Source: a virus (taxonomy: Duplodnaviria > Caudoviricetes). From it: DNA of 41,977 nucleotides. Below the pieces are notes generated by a model. It did no database searches, had not been told where the DNA came from, and saw nothing but the letters and a program-made list of their open reading frames with translations. Shown here one piece after another: positions 26,187 to 34,552 of this stretch. The first letter of the stretch is position 1; each line of letters begins with the position of its first letter. The DNA lies in IMG/VR virus record IMGVR_UViG_3300027835_000481, positions 1 through 41,977 of that record. One strand, 5' to 3'. Both the position numbers and the translations under genes were made by a program.

Positions 26187-26538
26187 CTGTCCTTCTCCGC
26201 ATTATGTGTTTAAGCCCGATCACGATATGCGCGTGTGCATGGCAAAGCAGGTAACGGTAGTAGCCATACGACATATGCATGGCGGCCGCGTTGAGTTTTT
26301 CTGGGCCAACGGCACTGACGTATTCCACTTGAAGTACGTCATGGAATTTCTTGGTCTTGGCACTTTGCTTGAGTTCACGCACGAGACGATCCACGACCTC
26401 ACTCTGGGCATCGGTTTGTCCACTGATCGAGGTAGCCCTGCGCTCAAGCCATTGCGCCCAGCGTTTCATCACCACACGAATGGCTTTGTTGTATTTCACG
26501 GGGCTCCTCCGCGGTCTTGGCACCGCGTGCGAGATCAC
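26161..26538 (-). CDS. Possible second Q-family/HTH regulator
   Basis: M.RWA.W ... VDRLV.EL ... V..VEY ... A.HMS..YY..L..AH pattern resembles phage 21/82-type Q. Confidence 0.5.
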   Translation of the reverse strand: MISHAVPRPRRSPVKYNKAIRVVMKRWAQWLERRATSISGQTDAQSEVVDRLVRELKQSAKTKKFHDVLQVEYVSAVGPEKLNAAAMHMSYGYYRYLLCHAHAHIVIGLKHIMRRRTDDLPIQIR

Positions 26539-26903
26539 TTTGGCTCCTCGGGTCGGATGTTCTTCCTGCGCCGCATAAACGAGCGGCAGGTTTTATTGGT
26601 GCCATCGGGCCAGAGCGAAATACCGACCGCACAGTGAAAGGCGCTGCGATCGCGCTTTCGCTGATGGAAGTGGCAAGCCCCGCAGCCGAATTCGATGAAT
26701 TGCTTGCGTTCAAGCACCTTGGAAGGATCGCGGTAGGGATTGATGTACGGGCCATCATCCTCCGGCGACTGGATCGGAATTACCCTGCCCTGTCTGGCGG
26801 GTAACCCTGAGCTCGGGGACGCGTTGGAGCATGGCGGATCGCTGGTCGAGGGCAAGTTTGAGAATGTCGTCTGCATACTGGCGAGGGCGTTTTTCATACA
26901 CAA
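26535..26903 (-). CDS. Cys-containing hypothetical protein (start uncertain, likely shorter)
   Basis: YRDPSKVLERKQ...GCGAC...C...C in the C-terminal half. Confidence 0.5.
   Translation of the reverse strand: MCMKNALASMQTTFSNLPSTSDPPCSNASPSSGLPARQGRVIPIQSPEDDGPYINPYRDPSKVLERKQFIEFGCGACHFHQRKRDRSAFHCAVGISLWPDGTNKTCRSFMRRRKNIRPEEPK
26755..26901 (-). CDS. Small phage hypothetical protein (MYEKRPRQYADDIL...)
   Basis: AGGAG RBS then GTG at 26901. Confidence 0.5.
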   Translation of the reverse strand: MYEKRPRQYADDILKLALDQRSAMLQRVPELRVTRQTGQGNSDPVAGG

Positions 26904-27385
26904 AGTCTCCTGCGGGGTTGTTTCGTCTGTGGGGAATTACGCAGTTCACCTGCGTGGTCGTTAAGAAGTAGCCACTTCTGGGATTTTTCGATGACGCTGA
27001 TACGCCGGCGGTATTCCTCGATCAACTGTTCGAGGTCGGCGCGGTAATACTTTCTCGATTTTCTGGATGCGTTGAGTTTGCTATGCCACCAAGCGGTGCC
27101 GTGTTGCTGGATGAGCCTGGCGGTAAATACCTTGTGGTTGCCGTCTAGCGTGACGTTGCAGCGCGGGCACTGTGGTTTGACGATCGCTTCGTCCAGCAAT
27201 ACGGCGTTGCGTCGACCGTCGATGGCGTGCCCGGCGTGGGTTTCTTTCCAGTGCTGCTGTGCGCCGCAGGTGTAGCAAGTGCAGAGCCCACGATGGTCCG
27301 CATTAGACCGGCGGATGTACTGCGAGAGAACGTCCCACGCGCGGCTGCGAAGCACGGAGGTGGATGGTGGCTTAGCGTTCGTCAT
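26894..27385 (-). CDS. ninG: NinG/Rap-like recombination endonuclease
   Basis: S.YIR......C.C.TCG, AGH, QC.RCN, R.DLE.LI..YR. Confidence 0.85.
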   Translation of the reverse strand: MTNAKPPSTSVLRSRAWDVLSQYIRRSNADHRGLCTCYTCGAQQHWKETHAGHAIDGRRNAVLLDEAIVKPQCPRCNVTLDGNHKVFTARLIQQHGTAWWHSKLNASRKSRKYYRADLEQLIEEYRRRISVIEKSQKWLLLNDHAGELRNSPQTKQPRRRLCV

Positions 27386-28061
27386 TGGCGAGCCACTCCC
27401 GATACCGTGCCATCAGTTCCCGAAACCGCTTACCGGCCTCCGGTCTGTGATCAAGCTCTGCGCGAGAAGCCACACCGCAGAGGGAACGCACCAGCTCGGC
27501 GGCGATGCCGGCGGCGTCCTTACCCTCTTTCTCTTTCTCCGCGTCGGCCCACGCACCTGCGTGATTGACGCGGAGAAAGGCTTGGAACTTCGGTGCGACA
27601 CACAGCACGCCTGCCGATTGTGCGAGTGCTCCGCCTTTGGGTTTCGGGGGTGTCTCGGGTAACGGCAACTCGCGTTGCCCTACCTCGATGCATTCCAGCT
27701 GCGCCTCGAACAAGCTTCCCGTCAGGTCTACCGAACGGATGAGGTCGAAATCGTCCTCGGTAATTTCGGAGACCATTTCATACTTCATCCCTTCCTTGAG
27801 GCTCTTGGCGCGGATGTTGACGTTGCGCAGGCTCACCTGAAACACCTTGCCGGCGTACAGCCCGTCGGTGCCGTCCGTCTCGTCGCGTTGCTGTCGGTGC
27901 CAGGCCGTGCGGCAGCGGTTGGAGCAAAACCGTTGCTTGCCGATGTTTTCAGGCTCGGGCTCGAATTCCTGTCCGCAGTGTTCGCACGATGGCCGTATTG
28001 TTACGGCCTGAACGGCCCGCGGGGCGTTGGTGTGATCCGACTGAATGGGCTGGCTAGACAT
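27372..28061 (-). CDS. Phage hypothetical protein with N-terminal Zn finger
   Basis: CEHC..FCSNRC; C-terminal AG.LC..P.F..FL...CGV.SRAELD; GAGGT RBS before ATG 28061. Confidence 0.75.
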   Translation of the reverse strand: MSSQPIQSDHTNAPRAVQAVTIRPSCEHCGQEFEPEPENIGKQRFCSNRCRTAWHRQQRDETDGTDGLYAGKVFQVSLRNVNIRAKSLKEGMKYEMVSEITEDDFDLIRSVDLTGSLFEAQLECIEVGQRELPLPETPPKPKGGALAQSAGVLCVAPKFQAFLRVNHAGAWADAEKEKEGKDAAGIAAELVRSLCGVASRAELDHRPEAGKRFRELMARYREWLANDER

Positions 28062-29364
28062 GGGGCACCTCAATGGCACGTCGTTGGGTTGATGGATGCT
28101 CCGAGATGATCTTGTTCACCGATTGAATGCGTCGACCGATCCAGCCCACCACCGGTGTGGCCATGCTGTTGCCGAGCGCCTTATAGCGAGGGCCATCGGC
28201 AGCGAACTTTCCGCGATAAGGGATTCGGGTGTAGTCGTCGGGGAACCCTTGCAGGCGCTCGCACTCGCGCGGCGTCAGGCGCCGAACGGCGGCTCGTTGC
28301 AACATCGCTGGATAACCCTGCCCGGGTTTGCCGCCACCGGTTTTCAGGCTATCGGCGATCGGCTTGCACAACACCTCGCCGCGCTGGTTTTGCGTGAACG
28401 CCACCGCCACTTGCCCGCCCGCATTCGCGTGCGAGCCGGCATGTCCCATCGCCCGAAGCGTCGGTGCGGTATCGCCAACATCGGCCCCAAAGTCTTTGCA
28501 TGAAAACGCGAGGGCCTGATCGCCCGTGATATCGGATACCCTCGCAGGCACTAGCGGTGTTCCGCGCCCCGTGCCGTCTTCGCTCGCATCGAAACCCTCG
28601 GCACGCAGTGCATGGGCAATCAGCGGCGCGCCATCCCCGTCGCCATCGCTCGATGGACCTTTGGCATCTCTCGCCTTCAACGCGGGGCTAATCTGCGGCG
28701 CGTGAATCAGGCCGCCATTGGTATCGGTGCGAGGTCCGCCACTACCGTCAGTGCGTGCTTCAAGGACGGCGGCAACGCCTTGCCGCGTTTTTGCGCTCGG
28801 CGGAGGATTCCCCGACAAGCTTTCGCGCTCAAAAAGTACCGCCGCGGCAATTCGCCAGTCTCCAAGATGGCCGATAACGAACACACGACGGCGTCGCTGG
28901 GGAACGCCGAAGTACTGAGCGTCAAGAATTCGGTAGGCGAACCCATACCCGAGACTTGCCAGGCCCCCGAGGAAGGCGCCAAAGGCCCGTCCGCCGTCGA
29001 TCGACAAGACACCGGGGACATTCTCCCAGACCACCCAGCGGGGGCGCACTGCCTCAAGAATGGCAAGATAGAAGAGCGTGAGGTTGCCACGCGGGTCTGC
29101 CAGTCCTTTTCGGAGTCCTGCGACGGAGAAGGACTGACAGGGGGTTCCGCCACAAACAAGGTCAACTGAGCCATGGTGTTTTATCCATTGCACACGGGTC
29201 ATGTCGCCGACGTTCGGCACGTCGGGGTAGTGATGCGCGAGTACTGCTGAAGGAAACGCGTCGATCTCCGAATACCACGCCGCGCGCCAGCCCAGCGTGC
29301 GCCACGCGACGCTCGGCGCTTCGATGCCGCTGCACACGGTTCCATATCGAACGACGGGATTCAT
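28054..29364 (-). CDS. DNA cytosine-5 methyltransferase
   Basis: CSGIEA, GGTPCQSFS.AG, WENVPG, QRRRRVF, RRLTPRECERLQGFPD, YKALGNS. Confidence 0.95.
   Translation of the reverse strand: MNPVVRYGTVCSGIEAPSVAWRTLGWRAAWYSEIDAFPSAVLAHHYPDVPNVGDMTRVQWIKHHGSVDLVCGGTPCQSFSVAGLRKGLADPRGNLTLFYLAILEAVRPRWVVWENVPGVLSIDGGRAFGAFLGGLASLGYGFAYRILDAQYFGVPQRRRRVFVIGHLGDWRIAAAVLFERESLSGNPPPSAKTRQGVAAVLEARTDGSGGPRTDTNGGLIHAPQISPALKARDAKGPSSDGDGDGAPLIAHALRAEGFDASEDGTGRGTPLVPARVSDITGDQALAFSCKDFGADVGDTAPTLRAMGHAGSHANAGGQVAVAFTQNQRGEVLCKPIADSLKTGGGKPGQGYPAMLQRAAVRRLTPRECERLQGFPDDYTRIPYRGKFAADGPRYKALGNSMATPVVGWIGRRIQSVNKIISEHPSTQRRAIEVPHV
28707..29174 (-). CDS. Nested alternative-frame protein within the C5-MTase gene (beta-subunit-like)
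   Basis: Same strand, different frame; W..SGM.....F.T.....P.....CSLS.ILE....P.RY.LS.KAC.GILRRA..RGK.LP..L. Confidence 0.7.
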   Translation of the reverse strand: MAQLTLFVAEPPVSPSPSQDSEKDWQTRVATSRSSILPFLRQCAPAGWSGRMSPVSCRSTADGPLAPSSGAWQVSGMGSPTEFLTLSTSAFPSDAVVCSLSAILETGELPRRYFLSAKACRGILRRAQKRGKALPPSLKHALTVVADLAPIPMAA

Positions 29365-30650
29365 TGGCGCTCCCCGATAAAGAAGTGTTCACCGTTTACG
29401 GCGAGGTCGATGGTCTGTCGTGCCGCGCCGCCGCGTTGTTTGGCGAGGATCAGCTCGTGCGTGTCGTCAGGCTGGTTCTGCGTCTTCAGGCAATGCATCA
29501 GCAACACGATGTCGGCGTCCTGTTCGATGTTTCCGCATTCGCGCAGATCGGAGAGCACGGGTTGGCGCTTCTCTTTCTCGACCTCCCGCGATAACTGCGA
29601 GAGCACGAGGATCGGCATATTGAGGCGGTTGGCGAGCAGCTTGATTGCCCGCGAGGCTTCCGAGAGTTCGAGGAACCGGTTCGCGGCTTTGTCGTGGTGC
29701 AGCAGCTGCAGGTGATCGATACAGGCAATCTCGATCTGGTAGCGGTGCTTCCACTCGATGATGCGCGCGGTGATCTCGCCCAACTTCGAGGAGCGGTCGT
29801 CGATGCGGATGGGCCATACCCGCATGGCTTCGTTTACCCTGGCTTTGGCGTCGCGTACCGCGGGCGGATAGCCACTCACGAAGTCATGGCCGTTGATCTT
29901 GAACTCGTGGGCGATGGCGCGGGCGGCGAGTTCGGCGGCGCCCATTTCGAGCGAGAGGATGCCGACGGATTTTCCCTTTGCGGCGGCACGCAGCAGGATT
30001 TGCCAGGCGAAGGCAGATTTGTACGTGCCGGGACGCCCGCCCAGGACAATCATGCGTGGACCGTGGAATCCGCCGGTCAGGCGGTTCAGAGTCGGAAGCG
30101 TCGTTGAAATCCCGAGCACCGACCCGCTCGCCCGTCGCTCGGCTGCCGTCTCGGCATCGGCTTGGGCACGGTCCAATGCGGAGGCGAACGAGATATCTTC
30201 CTCACCGGCGTGAGAGAGGTTTTGCAGGCTCGTCATCACCGTCGTGACGACCTGGTCCAACGGTTCCTCATCGAGCTGGGATAGCCCGTTCTTTAACGCG
30301 ACCTTGGCGCGGCGCACATTGGCGAGGCCCCTGACGATATCGGCGTAGGCCAGGATGTTCGCGGCACTCGGGGTGTTGTTGGCGAGTGCCGCGAGATAAC
30401 CCAGCTCCACTTTCCCCTCCAAGTCCTGCTCCAGCGTGACCACGTCGGCCTCGTGGCCGGACTGGATGATCCGCACTGCGGCCTCGAAGATCTGCCGGTG
30501 GGCGCTGCTGTAGAAATCCTCGGGACTGAGCTTGCCGGCGATGCGCCAGTAGGCTTTCGCATCGAGCATCAACGCGCCGACGACGGCTTGTTCGGCTTCA
30601 CTGCTGACGTGCGGGTTAGCGGCTGGCTTTGCGGTAGATGCTGGGTTCAC
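29361..30650 (-). CDS. dnaB: Replicative helicase DnaB-like
   Basis: EAEQAV.GAL, GRPGTYKS, SLEM, IDHLQL, LSQLSR, SDLRE.G.IEQDAD. Confidence 0.95.
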   Translation of the reverse strand: MNPASTAKPAANPHVSSEAEQAVVGALMLDAKAYWRIAGKLSPEDFYSSAHRQIFEAAVRIIQSGHEADVVTLEQDLEGKVELGYLAALANNTPSAANILAYADIVRGLANVRRAKVALKNGLSQLDEEPLDQVVTTVMTSLQNLSHAGEEDISFASALDRAQADAETAAERRASGSVLGISTTLPTLNRLTGGFHGPRMIVLGGRPGTYKSAFAWQILLRAAAKGKSVGILSLEMGAAELAARAIAHEFKINGHDFVSGYPPAVRDAKARVNEAMRVWPIRIDDRSSKLGEITARIIEWKHRYQIEIACIDHLQLLHHDKAANRFLELSEASRAIKLLANRLNMPILVLSQLSREVEKEKRQPVLSDLRECGNIEQDADIVLLMHCLKTQNQPDDTHELILAKQRGGAARQTIDLAVNGEHFFIGERQ

Positions 30651-31575
30651 TGTGGCCTCGTTGCGTGCGTAGAGTCCCCGTCAACCATTGACGAAGTTCT
30701 GCGGGACGCTTGAGGCTTGCTGCGGCGAGAGCGCTGTGGACCGCGGATTCGCCGTGCTGCTTGATAAGCTTTCCAATGAAACTGCCGGCCTGCTGCGAGG
30801 TTAAGCCCTCGGCGGCGAGCAGGGATTTGCCGACATCCCAGACGTTGGGGGTGCCGGTGGGTGGATTTGGTTTTGCAGGAGAACGGGGCTCCTGCGAAGC
30901 AGGAGAGTTATTTACTTCTAACTCTGTTCTGTTCTGACTCTGTTCTGTTGTAGTAACGACGTCGCTACTACGTAGTGTCTGTACGTAGCTCGACACATCC
31001 GGCGCGGTGAGAAGCTGCTTTGACCGTAGCGCCTTGATAACCTGATTTATTTCGTCGGTGCGCGTGTACCAGTCACCTTCCAGTTTGGCGTTGATAAACA
31101 ACCGAGCGATGTCGGTTTCACCGGGCGTCGTCGTCTTCGCCGTAGCCAGCACGTAGAGCTTTTCGTCGTTGCCGGTCTGGAATTCCTTGATTCGCGCCCA
31201 GGGGTTTTTGCTGTAGCCGATCTTGAGGCGCGCCGCACCCTCGGCGCCGATGAAGTAGACGTAACCGGGATTGCCGGGGCCACTTTCCTTCTCCGGCAGG
31301 TACTGCGTTTCTTCCCAATCTGTGGGCTGCCAGTTTTTATCGATTAGCCCGATCTCCATGAGGCGACGCTTGGCTTCGGCGGCGCTCGCCGGGTCTAACC
31401 CCAGACCTCGGCAGATGACGAGTTCGCGCTGTTTGGCGGCCAGGGGATGATCGAGCGTGCCGTTGCGTTTCAGGCACATCAGCACGGCATGGTGGCGTTG
31501 GTCTTCAAACGCCAGCGATTGCACCACCGGATCGGTGGCCCACTTCGCGTACATGCGATACCACGGCAGACTCAT
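30616..31575 (-). CDS. Phage replication initiator with embedded GIY-YIG-like (T5orf172/MUG113) domain
   Basis: N-terminal LPWYRMY initiator-type start; GYVYFI....KIGYS.NP..R...FQTGN...GDW; immediately upstream of dnaB. Confidence 0.75.
   Translation of the reverse strand: MSLPWYRMYAKWATDPVVQSLAFEDQRHHAVLMCLKRNGTLDHPLAAKQRELVICRGLGLDPASAAEAKRRLMEIGLIDKNWQPTDWEETQYLPEKESGPGNPGYVYFIGAEGAARLKIGYSKNPWARIKEFQTGNDEKLYVLATAKTTTPGETDIARLFINAKLEGDWYTRTDEINQVIKALRSKQLLTAPDVSSYVQTLRSSDVVTTTEQSQNRTELEVNNSPASQEPRSPAKPNPPTGTPNVWDVGKSLLAAEGLTSQQAGSFIGKLIKQHGESAVHSALAAASLKRPAELRQWLTGTLRTQRGHSEPSIYRKASR
30921..30971. repeat. Putative phage origin repeats within initiator gene
   Basis: ACTCTGTTCTGTT at 30921 and 30937; 22-bp near-perfect palindrome GTAGTAACGAC/GTCGCTACTAC at 30950-30971. 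Confidence 0.5.
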
Positions 31576-31952
31576 AGCGTTATCTCCAAAGGGCCTCTTT
31601 CAAATAGATAGGGCAGCCCTTAGGGTTTGCCGCAGCACTGCTTACCCCTGCCGGCAAAGCGTGGGGCTGGCTTGGCCACAAGGGGTTACCGGGTTGTCGT
31701 AACAGGGGAAATTCGCAGGCGTGCAGTTCACCGGGCGTCGGGATTGCCGTCGCCGGTCTGCTTGGGTTTGTACCAAACCTCTTTTTATTCACATCTGTTG
31801 CCACCTTGTCAGGTGGCCCCTCAACACATCGCGCCGCTCTTTGATGGGGCGGCTTCATGAGACGCGCACTGCCCGTCTCGCCGTCGACCCCGATGCCTCC
31901 TGTCGGTACTGAGGAGTAAGAGGAGTAAATCGATAGATCGACTCGGCGCAGG

Positions 31953-32025
31953 ATATTAGCTGAGCTAATTACCATGTCAATAGCTTTACTAATAATTTGC
32001 AAATTAGTGGAGCTAATATTATTGT
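31953..32025. promoter_or_regulatory. OR-like switch: three operators with divergent PR and PRM
   Basis: ATTAGC-N3-GCTAAT-like sites at 31955, 31979 and 32003 (24-bp period); minus-strand TTGACA-16-TAATAT; plus-strand TTGCAA(31997)-17-TATTGT(32020). Confidence 0.85.
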
Positions 32026-32031
32026 TTGCCG

Positions 32032-32571
32032 ATGGCCGAACGCACGATCACCGACGCCGACAGAAAAGCGGCTGCCAACCTGAAACGGATCTGGCTGAAG
32101 CACAAGGAGCACCACGCGGAGGCGACGCAGGCGTACATCGCCGAGAAACTCGGCTGGACCCAAGGCGCATTCGGTCAGTATGCCAATGGCCAGGTCCCGC
32201 TCGGGGTACGGGCGACGTTACTGCTGGCGCAATTCTTCGATGTCGACCCTAAAGAAATCCGTAACGATTTCAGCGATCTCATCCTGTCCGATACGTTGAC
32301 GACCGTATCCAAAACGGCACGCTCGGAAGGGTCCAGCGCTAAAGGTAAAGGCTCTTCCCTCCCCCCCGACAATGGGGAATTGTTAGAGAAATGCTATGAA
32401 AAGGTGGAGGCAGAACTGGCAAAGCTTTACGCCATGACGCACCCTATCTGGCAACGCAAATACCGAACCAAACTCGCTCGCGGTGCCTACAGCATCGCGC
32501 AACAGAAAAATGGACGAATCGACGAAAAACTCCTCCGGGAAGCCATCCGCCATCTTGCTAAGATGGCCTAA
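32032..32571 (+). CDS. CI-like repressor (lambda CI-type N-terminal HTH, no S24 peptidase domain)
   Basis: A..LK.IW...K.....TQ..IAEKLGWTQ.A..QY.NG..PL......A....V.P.EI; adjacent operators. Confidence 0.9.
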   Translation: MAERTITDADRKAAANLKRIWLKHKEHHAEATQAYIAEKLGWTQGAFGQYANGQVPLGVRATLLLAQFFDVDPKEIRNDFSDLILSDTLTTVSKTARSEGSSAKGKGSSLPPDNGELLEKCYEKVEAELAKLYAMTHPIWQRKYRTKLARGAYSIAQQKNGRIDEKLLREAIRHLAKMA

Positions 32572-32989
32572 GAAATTTCTACGCCGGGCCGAACTGCAAC
32601 CGACTGAGCCCCCTCCTCCCGAGGAGGACGGTTACGCGATGATTGCCGAGGCCATTCGGGAAGCCCATGCGGAAGCCGCGTTGCGGGATGACGATGAGCG
32701 CTCGACACTGCGGCGAAAATTAAAACTCGCTTTCATTGGCCTTGCGATCGTCGGCAGCGTCGGTGCCTACGTGGCGTGGGAGCTGACCGGTCGGCTGAAT
32801 GCGCCCGACCAGGTGATCAAGGAAGATCAGGCTGTGCGGCTGAAAGTCTTCGGATTGTCAGAGCCTGCCCACCGCAAACAACCGCAGGCCGGTGATGTGG
32901 TGATACCGCCACGAGACCACGTGGGAAAATCGGACGACAAGAAATCCGAGCCGACGGAAAACTTTCCGCAATTTAAAAAGAATTTCTAA
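32483..32989 (+). CDS. Single-TM membrane protein downstream of repressor (start uncertain)
   Basis: TM LAFIGLAIVGSVGAYVAW preceded by basic residues; likely co-transcribed with the repressor. Confidence 0.6.
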   Translation: MPTASRNRKMDESTKNSSGKPSAILLRWPKKFLRRAELQPTEPPPPEEDGYAMIAEAIREAHAEAALRDDDERSTLRRKLKLAFIGLAIVGSVGAYVAWELTGRLNAPDQVIKEDQAVRLKVFGLSEPAHRKQPQAGDVVIPPRDHVGKSDDKKSEPTENFPQFKKNF

Positions 32990-33055
32990 CAATTAGGCAA
33001 TGGGCGCGACACAAGTGCGTCGTTGTTGGTTCAGACAACATCGACGGGTTCAGCG

Positions 33056-33736
33056 TTAGATCTGTGCCAATGCCGTATTGTCTCGCAACGACTGCTTCAA
33101 GATAGCCAGTGGGTCCATTGCACCGGCTTCATATTGCTCCGGGGCCATGGCAAGAATGCCGAGCATGATGCTGCGCGCAGCCCGCACGGCCCATGCGGCG
33201 GTCTCGTGAGTAAGCAGTCGGTCAAGCCATGGCATCTGATACTTCTCTGTCATCGACTGTGCAAGGCCGCGATCAGCAAGCGCATCAGTCCTCTTTGGTC
33301 CGACCGTATCGCCCGGCTTTAGATGCACGATGGCGTTACGCAACTTGATGAGCTCCGCAAAGTCCTGAAACGGCTGCGCCCCCTTATCGAAGGTGCTGCC
33401 GGTAAGGGCAAAGGATGCGACGAGGTATTTGAGCGTCACAGATCCATGGGCGTCCTCCACTTCCTTCACGACATCCGCACAGGCTACAAGCGCAGGAGAA
33501 ATTGGAGCCCAATTTGCCTGCGCGTCACGGAGTACATGCATATAATCAGCAAGCTCGTTGATAAATGCTTCCGCAGCAGTCGCCGCCATAACGATAGCCA
33601 CTAACGCATCGTCGGTAAGCGCGTTCGGGCGCGCCGCATCCGCCGCCGCGCGTTGTGCCGCGACGTGCGCTATTAACAGCAGGTGTATGTGGTGAAAGCG
33701 CACCGTAGGCATAATGTGTTTCTCTGCTATGGCCAA
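33056..33736 (-). CDS. HEPN-domain protein (putative RNase/defence)
   Basis: All-helical; AA.AAEAFINE and R-N-x3-H motif (LRNAIVH); start TTG 33736 or ATG 33712. Confidence 0.7.
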   Translation of the reverse strand: MAIAEKHIMPTVRFHHIHLLLIAHVAAQRAAADAARPNALTDDALVAIVMAATAAEAFINELADYMHVLRDAQANWAPISPALVACADVVKEVEDAHGSVTLKYLVASFALTGSTFDKGAQPFQDFAELIKLRNAIVHLKPGDTVGPKRTDALADRGLAQSMTEKYQMPWLDRLLTHETAAWAVRAARSIMLGILAMAPEQYEAGAMDPLAILKQSLRDNTALAQI

Positions 33737-33999
33737 ACTGCGTTAAAGATCTCCGTCAGCCGTGCTCTATCTTGTTTCTCCACTCAGATAATCCGGAATA
33801 TCCCGATTCTTCGCTCTTATGTAACCCTCCAAGGAATAATACTCCTTCGACTCCGGCAGAGGGCCGTCTTCTGTTTTTTAAACTCTAGCTACGAACAACC
33901 GCTTTCGGGGTCGTTCGGTGCCGCGCCCGCCGCACAGCAGCTTTCATTAACTGAGGTACCTTCGGCCCCGTAAAAACGGGCAATCCCCTACTAACAATC

Positions 34000-34040
34000 A
34001 TTAGCATAGCTATTGACTGTATCATTAGCTATGCTAATGT
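34000..34040 (+). promoter_or_regulatory. OL-like operators and PL promoter
   Basis: ATTAGC-ATA-GCTATT (34000) and ATTAGC-TAT-GCTAAT (34024); TTGACT(34013)-16-TAATGT(34035) with TGn. Confidence 0.85.
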
Positions 34041-34132
34041 CTGTAGAAGTAGAAACCACCCCGAGATCGGTAGCCGCCGGGCGGCACAACCCCGACGCTG
34101 GCGGTGGAAAAACTCGAACGTGGGAGAGCCTG

Positions 34133-34549
34133 ATGGGCATAGACGTGTATTTGATGCGCCGCCAAGACGGAGCCGATGCGCCGTCGGCTGAGGGAACGGC
34201 GGTCGAAAGAGACTCTGCAAAATACCCCGCCCACCGGTTCAGCGTCGGTTACTTCTTTAGCGCCTATAACGACGGTGGGATCGAGCAGGTATTAAAACGA
34301 GCACGCCTCCACGGTCTTCACTGGATATTCAATGTCAGCAACGAATACGAAGTAACGCCGGATTGGGACGTGGCGCTTGCCCGCGTGAACGAAACCATCG
34401 AGAAGTACTCCGCTTATCTCGTCTTTGCCTACCGGCAACGGGAGGCCACCGACTGGTATCTGCAAGCGCTCGAAATCGTCAAAGAAACGATCGAATACGT
34501 CCTGGCGCAACCGGACCGGGACCGGTTCTACCTGCGGTGGAGCGGCTAA
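34133..34549 (+). CDS. Early hypothetical protein (MGIDVYL...)
   Basis: GGGAG RBS; first gene after PL. Confidence 0.75.
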   Translation: MGIDVYLMRRQDGADAPSAEGTAVERDSAKYPAHRFSVGYFFSAYNDGGIEQVLKRARLHGLHWIFNVSNEYEVTPDWDVALARVNETIEKYSAYLVFAYRQREATDWYLQALEIVKETIEYVLAQPDRDRFYLRWSG

Positions 34550-34552
34550 CCA

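Noticed and set aside
31580-32002. 140-aa ORF as Cro
   Set aside because: Starts inside the operators upstream of PR and has no HTH character
33740-33900. Short open frame ending KTEDGPLPESKEYYSLEGYIRAKNRDIPDYLSGETR upstream of the HEPN gene
   Set aside because: Preceded by an in-frame stop with no convincing start; at most a gene remnant
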